NCBI GenBank assembly: GCA_000092065.1
Contig: CP000593.1
DNA length: 64,000 nucleotides
Source: Ostreococcus lucimarinus
Lineage: Eukaryota
Reading direction: 5' to 3' (one strand)
A program made the position numbers and the translations under genes. The notes under the pieces were generated by a model. The model was not told the DNA's origin, did no database searches, and saw only the letters and a list, made by a program, of their open reading frames with translations. Below are positions 18,894 through 28,660 of the stretch, piece by piece. Positions within the stretch are counted from its first letter, which is position 1. Each line of letters opens with the position of its first letter.

Positions 18894-21800
18894 TCACGGC
18901 GACATCGGAGTGTGCGATGGGACACCGGACCTCGTCGAGCGGAGTTGCTTCCTTTCTCGGATCACTTTCGCGCAACCAGGGTTCCCACTGATGTTAGCGA
19001 CATCCTCGGCTGATCTTCCGTCTTTATCCAACAAGTTATCTTCAATCCCAGCGTCGAATAAAATCCTCAAGATGGTCGGCATTCCCAGCCTCGCCGCGAC
19101 GTGGAGCGCCGTGCTCCCTTGATAGTCTTGGCTTGACAAATTCACCCCGGCGACGATCAAAAGTTTTATTCTCTGCACTTGATCCTGTGAGATTGCGGAG
19201 TGAAGCACGGTTTGGTCGTCAGGGGAGTGATAGAGACCGCCTGCGGTGACAAGAATCTTCACCAATGGAAGACTTCCTACCGAGACGGCGCGCGATAGCG
19301 GCGAATACCCAGCCTTGCTCATGGCATTGGGATCTGCGCCCCACTTGAGGAGTAGCTTCACGACGTTATTCTGCTTGTTTTCGACAGCTACCATGAGGAG
19401 TGTGCGTCCAGCACTATCTGTGAGATGCGCATTCCGTGGCTCATCCGCAAGCGCCATGTCGAGCGCCGTCGTATCGCCCGTCACCGCCGCGACGTTGAGC
19501 TCGTGCAATTCACTTTCATACAGATCAGTAGACTTTTGGTCGAGCGCTTGCACAAAGTTGGTGTAAAGTTCGAAACCATCTTCCGCGCGGGGTCCCATCG
19601 CACTCAGCTCAAGCAAATACTTCTCTTTCAACGTACGCAAAATTTGTTTGACATCTCGAGGAAAACGTGCGAGGACGTTGTCGAGCTTGCTCGAGGAGAC
19701 GACTAAAACTTTGCACGTAGACGTCACGATGCTAGTGTGGAAGCAAGTTCGACGACAAAGCACGGCTGCGATGTTTAACCATTCACCGGGCAAGATCGTG
19801 TTAATCTTGTTACTCAGCGTTGGTTCGCGCACGTATTTTTCAGATACGATGTCCACCTTGCCGAGGCACACGTAATACATCGCCGTCGCGTCCAAGCCCT
19901 TGGACGTGAGCAGCGTTCCGGGATGATAGTACTCCACTGTTATACACTCCAAAAAGTATTGAATAAATACCGCCGACGCATTGGAGAATATCCCGCATCG
20001 ATTAATGTAGTGTTGATAGATTGCGTGTCTCAGCTCGGATTGAATCGTCGGCGGACAAAAATTCAGCACCGCTTCGTCGTCTCGACAACGCATATCGTAC
20101 TCGAGCTGCATATGTGCGTTGATCTTCTCTCTAACGGCTCTTGGAATATCGTTCCGTCGCATGAAACGTTGAAGGGACGCGATGTGATCGCGAAAGTCCA
20201 TGATTGTCGAATCGTCCTTGGTGACGATTTGCGTGACGTTACCTAAAATATACGCCGTGACGCCCATGTTCAAAATCATGATAATCATGGAAAACGCTCG
20301 CTCGAGGTTACTCACGGGAGATATGTCGCCGTACCCCACGGTGGTGAGCGTTACGGTCGCCCAGTACAGTGAAGTGGTGTATTTGTCGCTAAACGTACGG
20401 CTAGGAAGATCCGGATCGTACGCGTACACCCAAGTGTTTTCATCAAACTTTTGCCAACGAGCGAGGTAGTACAAAAAGCATGCACTCCAATGACTCGCCA
20501 ACGCGATCAACAGTGCAAATTTGAGCGCTACGAACCCCAAGTACGGCAGATTAGGGTTGCCTTCGAGCTCGCTCATCATGCGTCGGATGCGATACAATCG
20601 AAGCAGGCGAAGCATGCCCAACGCAGCCAGTACTCTCGCCGCCACCGTGCCTGGAGTGGTGGCACCGGCAAACATGAGATCAATCGGTAGCGACGCGAGC
20701 AAGTCAATGACGAACCATCCTCCAAGATATTTCATCGCAATCGCGTGCTTGTCCCAAATCAATTTGCCATACTTCTCAATTGGACGATAAAAGTTGATTG
20801 CGATGTCGGCTATGAAGATGATGTCGAAACAAATCTCCATGACTTCGTTCCAAGCTAGGCGTGCCGAGCGATGCTCGCCCTTGAATGCTAAAACCGCCGG
20901 TTCCGTGAAAGCGACGATTAGAATAAATATGTTCACCGTCCGCGTCCACGCGCGCGCGTACGCACTCGCGGGATGACACAGTAGACTCCTAAAACCGTAC
21001 GTGTCATTTTCATCCAATCGCTTGCTCCCGAACGTGTCTACCCGGCGGACTTTTTCCGTCATCCGCTTGACGTAAGTCGCAGACGGAACTAACATACGGG
21101 AGATCATACTCGGCTTTTTGCGCTCGTTCGTCTGCTCGTTCGTCTGCTCGTCGTCTTCCGCTTTCGCCGACACTGCCTTCTTCGACCACGGTAGTTTAAG
21201 CCTTTTCTTCGAATCTTTCTCCGAGTCACTCTCCAAGAACCACGAATTCCTCCTTTGCAAACCTCTGTCTTCGTCCTCGTCGTCCCACGTGCCCAACTCC
21301 GCCGCCGTCGAAGACGTCGGCTTTCTTTCCGTGCGCTCACCGAACGACGATAACGACCCCGAAGAAGTCTCCGCGGTCCCGCCCGGCGCGTCCGCGCTCT
21401 CGCCCTCCGCCCGCGCGCGCGTCGTCGTTCTCTCGTCGTCGTCTCCCTCGTCCTCGTCCCGACTCGACAGCGCGGGATTCTTCGCGCGTTCCTCCACCCC
21501 GCGTCGATCGTCCTCGCTCGGCCCTCGCCGCCGCGACGCGCTCGCCTCGTCGCGCATCTTCGTCGATTCACAATTCACGAATCGCGTTCGGCGCTCGTTC
21601 GTCCGCGCTCGGCGCTCGCCGTCGCGCGACGCGCGCGCGCGCGTCGCGTCGTCGCCGCGCGGTCCGCGATCCCGGGTCTCGTCGTCGTCGTCGTCGTCGC
21701 GCGCGACGGTCGACCTCTCGACGCGCGCGAGAGTGGCGGATGGCGACGCGCGGCGCGGGACGGCACTTCGCGCCGCGCGTCGCGCGCGCGATGAGCGCGC

Positions 21801-21914
21801 CGAGCGAGAGCTATAACTGGTGCGTCGCGCGGACGGCGCGCGGACGGCGCGCGGACGGCGCGCGAGGTCGTCGCGCGGCGCGGTGGGCGCGAACGCGTTC
21901 GGAATGTGGGACAC
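18894..21914 (-). CDS. Plant Shaker-type (AKT1-like) voltage-gated K+ channel: 6TM + pore + cNMP-binding + ankyrin repeats; start uncertain (an ATG at about 21557 is plausible)
   Basis: Selectivity filter TTVGYGDISPV, a positively charged S4 (RLLRLYRIRRM), a cNBD-like region, and C-terminal ankyrin repeats (GRTLLMVAVENKQNNVVKLLLKWGADPN...). The N-terminus is low-complexity. Confidence 0.85.
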   Translation of the reverse strand: MSHIPNAFAPTAPRDDLARRPRAVRAPSARRTSYSSRSARSSRARRAARSAVPRRASPSATLARVERSTVARDDDDDDETRDRGPRGDDATRARASRDGERRARTNERRTRFVNCESTKMRDEASASRRRGPSEDDRRGVEERAKNPALSSRDEDEGDDDERTTTRARAEGESADAPGGTAETSSGSLSSFGERTERKPTSSTAAELGTWDDEDEDRGLQRRNSWFLESDSEKDSKKRLKLPWSKKAVSAKAEDDEQTNEQTNERKKPSMISRMLVPSATYVKRMTEKVRRVDTFGSKRLDENDTYGFRSLLCHPASAYARAWTRTVNIFILIVAFTEPAVLAFKGEHRSARLAWNEVMEICFDIIFIADIAINFYRPIEKYGKLIWDKHAIAMKYLGGWFVIDLLASLPIDLMFAGATTPGTVAARVLAALGMLRLLRLYRIRRMMSELEGNPNLPYLGFVALKFALLIALASHWSACFLYYLARWQKFDENTWVYAYDPDLPSRTFSDKYTTSLYWATVTLTTVGYGDISPVSNLERAFSMIIMILNMGVTAYILGNVTQIVTKDDSTIMDFRDHIASLQRFMRRNDIPRAVREKINAHMQLEYDMRCRDDEAVLNFCPPTIQSELRHAIYQHYINRCGIFSNASAVFIQYFLECITVEYYHPGTLLTSKGLDATAMYYVCLGKVDIVSEKYVREPTLSNKINTILPGEWLNIAAVLCRRTCFHTSIVTSTCKVLVVSSSKLDNVLARFPRDVKQILRTLKEKYLLELSAMGPRAEDGFELYTNFVQALDQKSTDLYESELHELNVAAVTGDTTALDMALADEPRNAHLTDSAGRTLLMVAVENKQNNVVKLLLKWGADPNAMSKAGYSPLSRAVSVGSLPLVKILVTAGGLYHSPDDQTVLHSAISQDQVQRIKLLIVAGVNLSSQDYQGSTALHVAARLGMPTILRILFDAGIEDNLLDKDGRSAEDVANISGNPGCAKVIRERKQLRSTRSGVPSHTPMSP

Positions 21915-22044
21915 GCGGCGCGATCGAGATCGAAAAACGCGACGGTGACGACGCGCGCGCGCGCGGATGCGAGATCGCGCGCGCGCGCGCGGTGTGATGC
22001 GCGTCGACGCGCGGACTGACGGCGGGCGAGGCGCGCGCGCGCAG

Positions 22045-23611
22045 GTTCTTGATCGTCGTGGCGATCGTGGTGACGGCGCTGGCGCTCGCGTGCAACGTCT
22101 ACGTGCTCGTGCACTTTCAACACCCGGATGATCGCAATCAGGCGTGGTTTCCGAAGATCGTCGTCGTCACTGGATTGACGCTGTCGGTGTTGTCGATATT
22201 GTTGCTGCCGCTGGACGTGGCGAACAGAGCGGCGTGCGATGAAGCGATTATAGAGAGCGCGTGTCGGTACACGCTGCCGATGGAGGACTTTTGGTACGCG
22301 ACGTATTTGACGATGTTTGCGTACATGTTCGTCTTGGTGCCGTGGACGTTGTTTTATTACGAGCAAGATTCCGAGGCGACGCTCGGAAAGAAGCTGGTGA
22401 GCTCGTCGATTTGGAGCGTGGCGACGCTGTTTGTTTTGTTGATGGCGATGTTGCTGGCGTATTACGTGGGCGGCGAAGCCGAGTTTGAGTTGAAGAGCGT
22501 CAAGTCAGGGATGGCGTTGATTGGCAACTCGGCGTTGAATGGTGCGACGTCATGTATAGCGTTACCTTCATCGCCAACGACGGTGACGAATTTCGCGACT
22601 TACACCGCGACGATGAGCGGGATGGATTGCGACGCCTACGGCCCAAACGTCGGAACGGAAACGTTCACCGTCCGACCGACGTTTATCGTGTACATGATCG
22701 CCGTGGCGTCCATTATATCCTGGTTCATTTTCTTAGTGTACGCTGGCGTCGGCATCGTCGCCCTGCCGGTGGATATGATCAAGGGGTTCATGAACCGTCC
22801 GCAAAAAGTCATCCCGAAGAGCGAGTACATTCGGTGCGCGACGATTTTAGCTCGTGACGCGCAAGCGATACATCAGCAAATTAAGAACGTTCAGAAGGAG
22901 CAGCGCGAAACTGGACGGACGAAAAAGACTAAAAAAGATTTGAAAGAGCTTCAGGTGAAGCTCTCCCAGCTCGAGGATGACGAAGTGGAGCTGATGACTG
23001 TGTTTCCGCAAGGCGAACAACGCGAGGCCACGTGGTTGATGACTGTGTTAGCGTACTACATACAGTGCTTCCTCGGTGGCTTGAGTGTCATCTTGAGCAC
23101 GCTGTGGACGTTACACATCATCATCACAGTGCTCGTCAAGCCCGCGGCGCACCCGTTCCTGAACTCGTTCTTCATATGGTTGGATAGTGGTTGGTCGCTC
23201 CTCGGCACGGCTGCGTTTGCGCTGTTTTGCTTTTATTTGGTGTTTTGCGTCATCAAGGGTAACACACGGTTGGGTCTTCGATTCTTTTTCATGAAGTTGT
23301 ATCCCATGAAATTAGGTCGCACGAGCATGAGTTCGTTGCTGTTCAACACAGGATTGATTATGTTGGGCTCGATTTCAATCGTGCAATTTTGCGCGCAAGT
23401 CTTCAACGTTTACGCGGCTGAAACGGCGGTGACGGATATCTTCGGCGGCAACATCGAAAACCTAAAAGGTTTAGGATATCTTTTCAAGTACAACGTGTTC
23501 ATATACTCGTTCTTCGCGATGATTTGTTTGTCATGCATCATCATTCCATTTGAAACATGGAAAACGCCGAAACCGAAAAAAACTTGGGAAAGAGACTCGG
23601 GTCGCATCTAG
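22045..23611 (+). CDS. LMBR1-domain membrane protein (LMBD1/LIMR family); first visible coding exon, start codon probably in a short upstream exon
   Basis: 9-TM topology and N-terminal similarity to LMBD1 (VVAIVVTALALACNVYVLVHFQHPDD...). There is no in-frame ATG before TM1: an in-frame stop lies at about 21995 and the first in-frame Met comes after TM1. A GACTGAC branch-like site and a CAG sit immediately upstream at 22014-22044 (see findings). Confidence 0.6.
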
Positions 23612-23666
23612 CAGCAAATTTTCGTTGTACACAAAACTCATCACATTTCGCTAATCTATCGATGTA

Positions 23667-24959
23667 TCACGTCAAATCTATCACATCGTCGTTCGCGGCT
23701 GGAGCACTAGCCAACGCGCCTTCCTCTTCGACGCGCGGCTTCTTGACCCTCGGGGATTGAGAAGACGGTTTGAAAAAGTTGACGACTCGACTTGACAAAT
23801 TCATGAGCATCCCCGCAGGGCGCTCAGCCGGTTCGCTCGATCCTGGCGCGTTCGATGCCTGCGGTGCGTTCGACGCCTGCGGCGCTCCTCCCTGCGGCGC
23901 GCTCGACCCCGCACCGGACTGCGGCGGCGGCCTCGTACTCGTGGAATCAAAAATCTTACTCGCATTTCCCGCCTCGAAGCCTTCGCGTAAGTCGCACTCC
24001 TGAAGTTCTTCGAACGACTTGTCTGCGTTCTGCGGTTTCGGTAAGCGCTGCACGAATTCCACGTACGATCCCGGCAAACCGTAATCTTTGAACGTGTCCT
24101 CATGGTCCTCCTGTCCGTAACGATCTTGCGTGACGATCGTCTTCTTGTACAATTCATACCTGTGCGGCACCGACATGAGCGCACTCTGTGCGAGAAGCCC
24201 CGAAGGTGAGCGTTTAATCCGCCCACCGCTCTCGTTCCACCTGATCCTACTAAACGCCGCGTTGCTCGCGAACGACGTCTCCAGATCCTCCAGCGTCCGC
24301 AACGGCGTCTCCGGATACATCTTACGCAACTGAAACAAACTCAGCGCCACGTGATTCACCGCATATCCGTGCAACAGCGTCCAACTCGCGTATTCGCTCA
24401 ACCGTTCCACCTTGGCGTACACGCTCGCCGGCGGCAATTGCCATCGCGCGTTTCGCCCCTTCGCCCACTCCATGCTCCGCAACACCTTCCCCTCCCCCAC
24501 GCGCTCGAAGTGTTGCGTCAGATATCCCTTCAACTCCTCGTCGCACGCATCGACGACCAACTCCGAGACGAATATCCTCGGCAGCGGCGTCTCTCCTCGC
24601 GGCGTCTTCGGCGGTTTCATCCATCGCGCGCGCACGCGCTTCTCCGTAAACTCCAATCGTCCGCCCTCGCTCGCGCTCACCGTCTCCCATCCGAGCCGTT
24701 CGAACACCTCGCACACGCCCTCGACGCCGTAATCCTCGTGCGCGAACGAGCGATACGCGATGTGATCCAGCGGCGCGAGACGCGCGAGTCCGTCGTCCGC
24801 GAGATCTTCCATCGTCGCCCCCGACGCGCGCATCGCGTGCGTCAACGCGCGCTTCGCGACTTCATTGTGCGCCAGGTACCGCGAGACGACGCTCGCGATC
24901 GACGCCTCGGCGATTCGGTGCGTTTTACGCGTCGCCGCGTCGTCGGCGTCGGCGCGCAT
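23667..24959 (-). CDS. DUF1338-like protein (2-oxoadipate dioxygenase/decarboxylase HglS family), tentative
   Basis: Length and conserved His/Asp-containing blocks (LAPLDHIAYRSF..., LLHGYAVNHVALS) are consistent with DUF1338. This is a family assignment only; no motif is decisive on its own. Confidence 0.45.
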   Translation of the reverse strand: MRADADDAATRKTHRIAEASIASVVSRYLAHNEVAKRALTHAMRASGATMEDLADDGLARLAPLDHIAYRSFAHEDYGVEGVCEVFERLGWETVSASEGGRLEFTEKRVRARWMKPPKTPRGETPLPRIFVSELVVDACDEELKGYLTQHFERVGEGKVLRSMEWAKGRNARWQLPPASVYAKVERLSEYASWTLLHGYAVNHVALSLFQLRKMYPETPLRTLEDLETSFASNAAFSRIRWNESGGRIKRSPSGLLAQSALMSVPHRYELYKKTIVTQDRYGQEDHEDTFKDYGLPGSYVEFVQRLPKPQNADKSFEELQECDLREGFEAGNASKIFDSTSTRPPPQSGAGSSAPQGGAPQASNAPQASNAPGSSEPAERPAGMLMNLSSRVVNFFKPSSQSPRVKKPRVEEEGALASAPAANDDVIDLT

Positions 24960-25037
24960 GCGTCGCGATGTGATGCGGGCACCGCGCGCGCGTCACATCG
25001 CGACGCGTCGGCGCGCGCGCCGTCTCGCGTCGCGCGC

Positions 25038-26240
25038 ATGCGCGCGCTGTTCGTCTGCGCGCTCGCGCTCGCGTGCGTCGACGCGGCGGGCGCGATCGGC
25101 GGCGCGCGCGACGCGTCGGCTGTGTCGTCGGCGTCGCGACGCGCGTTGGATTTGACGAAACATAAATCGCCGATCGCGCTCGTGCACGGCGCGGTGACGA
25201 TCGAGGGCGCGTCGAACGTCTCGGACGACGACGCCGCGTGCTGCGTCGTCGTGACGTGCGAGGCGGGCGGGGAGACGCACGCGAGTCGGTTGTGCGGGGA
25301 GGGGGGCGGAAACGCGGCACCGATCGGCGACGCGCGCGAGGGACGAACGAATCGGTCGATCGAACGAGGGGGGGCGGCGAAGGCGGCGACGGTGGCGCGG
25401 CATTTTGGGTTTGGAATCGGACGTTCCATCGTGGGACGGCGCGTGGTGGTGCGGGCGACGATGGGGGGGGGGTGCGAGGCGAGGTCGCGGCGAACGGGGG
25501 CGATCGAGACGGCGGCGATCGAGGACGCGGCGACGGCGATCGAGGATGCGCATTTCGTCGATTTTCCAGTCGTTTTCGCGAGCGTCGACGGCGGAGGACG
25601 ACGAATGGCGATTGGGGGGGATGGTGAGCTCGTTTTGGCGCTCGCGAGCGTGGTGGCGCTGGCGTTGGTGAACGCGGCGTTGAAGGCGGTTCGCGGCGCG
25701 CGATTCGCGGGCGAAGTCGCGAACGACGACGCGCCGGCGAGTGCGGAGAGCGTTCCGTGGCAAGAGCTCGTGGGCGAAATGAACGCCTTGAAAGTGAAAC
25801 AAATCGTGCGCGAACAGCGGGAGCGTGCCGCGCATCTTGCGCCGACGGCGGAGTGGACGGTGACGGCCAAATCGCCGGCGCTGGATTACTTTGCGCCGCG
25901 AACGAACACGCGCGATTTGGTGTTTGACTTCTTGACTTCGCACCCGTTTTCCATCGCACCCAAACACGTCGATCGTGAGTGGGATTCCGACGCAGACAGT
26001 TGCGACGGCAACGACGCCGTACCGTGGCTCTCCACACATGGCCTCGAGACGTCGGACGTCGATTCGGCGATGGAGTACGACTTGTTCGGCACTGCTTTTC
26101 ATCCGGGTGCGGATTTCTCGATGACCATTCGAGGTCACGGTCCACCACCCGTCGCTCGAAAAGTAATGTCTGACATTGCGTCGTGCAGGCACTTCACTGA
26201 TATGGATTTAAAATTCTTCGAGGATAAACACGAAGAATGA
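25038..26240 (+). CDS. Hypothetical secreted protein (signal peptide, Gly-rich middle, conserved-looking C-terminal domain)
   Basis: The ATG at 25038 gives MRALFVCALALACVDAAGAIGG, a classical signal peptide. The ORF is then continuous to 26240. I recognise no family. Confidence 0.4.
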   Translation: MRALFVCALALACVDAAGAIGGARDASAVSSASRRALDLTKHKSPIALVHGAVTIEGASNVSDDDAACCVVVTCEAGGETHASRLCGEGGGNAAPIGDAREGRTNRSIERGGAAKAATVARHFGFGIGRSIVGRRVVVRATMGGGCEARSRRTGAIETAAIEDAATAIEDAHFVDFPVVFASVDGGGRRMAIGGDGELVLALASVVALALVNAALKAVRGARFAGEVANDDAPASAESVPWQELVGEMNALKVKQIVREQRERAAHLAPTAEWTVTAKSPALDYFAPRTNTRDLVFDFLTSHPFSIAPKHVDREWDSDADSCDGNDAVPWLSTHGLETSDVDSAMEYDLFGTAFHPGADFSMTIRGHGPPPVARKVMSDIASCRHFTDMDLKFFEDKHEE

Positions 26241-26390
26241 GCGAGTCGAGCGCGAGCGACGGCGTGGCGCCGAAACGCGCGGCGACGTCCTGACGCCTGT
26301 TTTCTTTCGCCGAAGACAAAGTATGTGTATGATATGTATTACAACACGCGAGCACTAGTTATGTTTCAATGAGTAATCATCCATCGCGAC

Positions 26391-27629
26391 TCACTTCTTC
26401 GACGTGAACGGGTTGGAGAAAGAATTAAACGCGTTCTTCAGAGCGCTTGTATCGATGGTCGGCATCGCGAATCCGCTCGACGAAGCGCCGCCCGAAGGTT
26501 CTTCTGCTTCCTTTACTGTTACCGACGGCAACGTGAGCGCGCAATACGCCGCCTCTCGAGCGGCGATCAAAGCTTTGACTTCGTCCGCCTCTTGCTGATG
26601 ACGCACCACCACTTTTTCAAACGCCGATTTGGCGGCTAAATATTCCTTTTCAAACCGCATCAAATCGTCCCGCTTCTTCGACATCTTCGTCTCGATCTCG
26701 TGAATTTTCGATGGTTCGAGAACGGCGCCGTCGCTAGTCTTTGTGCCGACGACGAAAATTTCGAACTCAAACTTGCACTTGTCGAAAAAGTTGTCGCCGT
26801 ACACTCCGAACACGTGCTCTCCCGGCGATATGCTCACGCACTCCCTCGGCGTCCAATTATCGAGCGCGTGGAACATCGCCAAATCTCGCGATTCCAATTT
26901 GCTCATCTTTATCAACTCGAATGGTTCGTAGTTGTAACTCTTGTGCCCCGTGAAGTAAAATCCCGCGTGCGACCGCTTCGGCTTGACGGAATCAAACTTC
27001 GCGCTCACCTCTTGTAACGAAAGCTCCAGTCCCCCATCCCCGTTCGACGCGCGATCAAACTTTAAAAGCTTAAACTTATCCCCGCTCGGCGACGTCGCGC
27101 TCACCACCACCCCTCGCCTCACGTCTTCCTCGCTGAGCGCGCATCGAAACAATCGAATCTCTCCCTTTCTCGCGCTCTCGCTCAATTTACACCCCATCGT
27201 CGCGTCCACCACGCCGCCGGTCGTTTCTCCTCGTCGCACCGCCTCCAGCGCTTTCACCGGCACCGCCGTCTTGATGTTCACGCCCAACGAACTGATGACG
27301 CTCGCCACGAGCGTGTTCGCGAAGCCAACCTCGCTGATGTCGATCTCCGTCTCCAGCGCGTCGCGCGCGTCCTCGCCTTCGACGCCTCCGCTCGCATCGT
27401 ACGCCGCGCGTCGCTCGGCGTCGCCGAGGATCTTGTACGCCATCGCGACGCGCTTGAACGCGCGCGAATCACCGTCGTTCTTGTCGGGATGCGTCGCGAG
27501 CGCCATGCGTCGGTACGCGGATTTCACGCGCGCCGCGTCGATGGACGCGCGCTCGGCGGCGTCGAGACCGAGCGCGGCGTACGCATCGAACGGTGGGGTC
27601 GCGGCGGGGGCGTCGTCGGAGGGCGACAT
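26391..27629 (-). CDS. DnaJ (J-domain) protein with a C-terminal DnaJ-X-like domain
   Basis: J-domain DAYAALGLDAAERASIDAARVKSAYRRMALATHPDKN with the HPD motif. The ATG is confirmed at 27629. Confidence 0.7.
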   Translation of the reverse strand: MSPSDDAPAATPPFDAYAALGLDAAERASIDAARVKSAYRRMALATHPDKNDGDSRAFKRVAMAYKILGDAERRAAYDASGGVEGEDARDALETEIDISEVGFANTLVASVISSLGVNIKTAVPVKALEAVRRGETTGGVVDATMGCKLSESARKGEIRLFRCALSEEDVRRGVVVSATSPSGDKFKLLKFDRASNGDGGLELSLQEVSAKFDSVKPKRSHAGFYFTGHKSYNYEPFELIKMSKLESRDLAMFHALDNWTPRECVSISPGEHVFGVYGDNFFDKCKFEFEIFVVGTKTSDGAVLEPSKIHEIETKMSKKRDDLMRFEKEYLAAKSAFEKVVVRHQQEADEVKALIAAREAAYCALTLPSVTVKEAEEPSGGASSSGFAMPTIDTSALKNAFNSFSNPFTSKK

Positions 27630-27699
27630 CGCGGACGCGGCGACGAGTGCGGCGCGCGCGCGGGCGCGGGCGCGGGGCTACGGGTCGTATGGTATAACA

Positions 27700-28554
27700 T
27701 CAATTCTCGCGCGACGCGACGACGTGTCGCTTCTGGTCTTGTTTCTCGCGAATGAACTCGCGAATATCTTTCCCAGTGCCTAATTTCACGACGACGCCGT
27801 CCTCCATGTACGCCGCGCCGTCCGCGAACTCTAACTCTTCTAACCGGTGCGTCACCCAAAGCGCGGTGACGCGACCGTCGCTCTCGTCCACGGCGCGGCG
27901 CACCGCCTCTATCACCCCTCGCTGATCGGCCTCGTCTAAAAATGTCGTCAACTCGTCTAACAGCAACAGCTCGGGCTCCTCCACGAGCGCGCCCGCGATG
28001 GCGACGCGTTGTTTCTGCCCCCCGCTCAGCGTCGCCACCTGTCGCTCAAACGCGTCGTCGTCCGTTAAATTCACCGTTCGCAGCGCTCGCACGACGCGTT
28101 CGCGGACGTCGTCTTCGCTCAGAGTGTGATCATTGCCCAATCCAAACCCGACGTCCGCGCCGACGGTCGGCATGATGACTTGATGATCGGGATTTTGAAA
28201 CACGAACGCCTTGCGCTCGGGCGCCTCGAGCGCGCCCGCGTCCGTCTTCACCAGTCCCGCCAGCGCTCGCAGCAGCGTGCTCTTACCGCACCCGTTCGGG
28301 CCGAGCAGCATGAACAACGTGCCTCGAGGCACGCGCAGGGACGCGCCGCGGAGCGCGCGGACGACGCCGTCGGCGTCACCGCGCGGAAACGTGACGCAGG
28401 CTTGGTTCACGTCGACGCCCCACGGCGACGCCGACGACGACGCCGACGACGCGCGCGGGATCGCGACGACGCGGGCGCGACGTCGAGGATGTCGTCGTCG
28501 CGACGTGGACGACGCGCGCGGTCGAGCGGACGCGGACGACGCCGCGGCGCGCAT
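27700..28554 (-). CDS. ABC transporter ATP-binding protein (CbiO/EcfA-like, plant ABCI type), probably plastid-targeted
   Basis: Walker A GPNGCGKSTLL, ABC signature LSGGQKQRVAIAGAL, Walker B LLLLDELTTFLD and an H-loop (WVTH). The start is taken at the ATG at 28554 (MRAAASSASARPRASS..., transit-peptide-like), because the longer ORF would overlap the TAF6 3' end. Confidence 0.8.
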   Translation of the reverse strand: MRAAASSASARPRASSTSRRRHPRRRARVVAIPRASSASSSASPWGVDVNQACVTFPRGDADGVVRALRGASLRVPRGTLFMLLGPNGCGKSTLLRALAGLVKTDAGALEAPERKAFVFQNPDHQVIMPTVGADVGFGLGNDHTLSEDDVRERVVRALRTVNLTDDDAFERQVATLSGGQKQRVAIAGALVEEPELLLLDELTTFLDEADQRGVIEAVRRAVDESDGRVTALWVTHRLEELEFADGAAYMEDGVVVKLGTGKDIREFIREKQDQKRHVVASREN

Positions 28555-28660
28555 CGGCGCGGAGGCGGCGTGTGCGGCGCGCGGCGGCGAGGAGGCGAGG
28601 CGAACGCGTCGATTTAAAAGTCTACCGAGACGCACTGCTATCGATACCGGGCGAGTGTCA

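Noticed and set aside
18539-18925. A 128-aa minus-strand ORF with one TM helix and an acidic stretch, overlapping the last 31 nt of the AKT-like channel in another frame
   Set aside because: It lies in the K-channel 3' UTR region, has no recognisable family and has low-complexity composition. It is more likely a chance ORF than an alternative C-terminal exon or a separate gene. It is kept out of the feature list.
26281-26330. CCTGAC followed by a pyrimidine tract and AG in the convergent spacer between the secreted-protein gene and the DnaJ-X gene (a possible 3' UTR intron)
   Set aside because: It is outside any coding region, and there is no donor with supporting evidence. It cannot be tested without transcript data.
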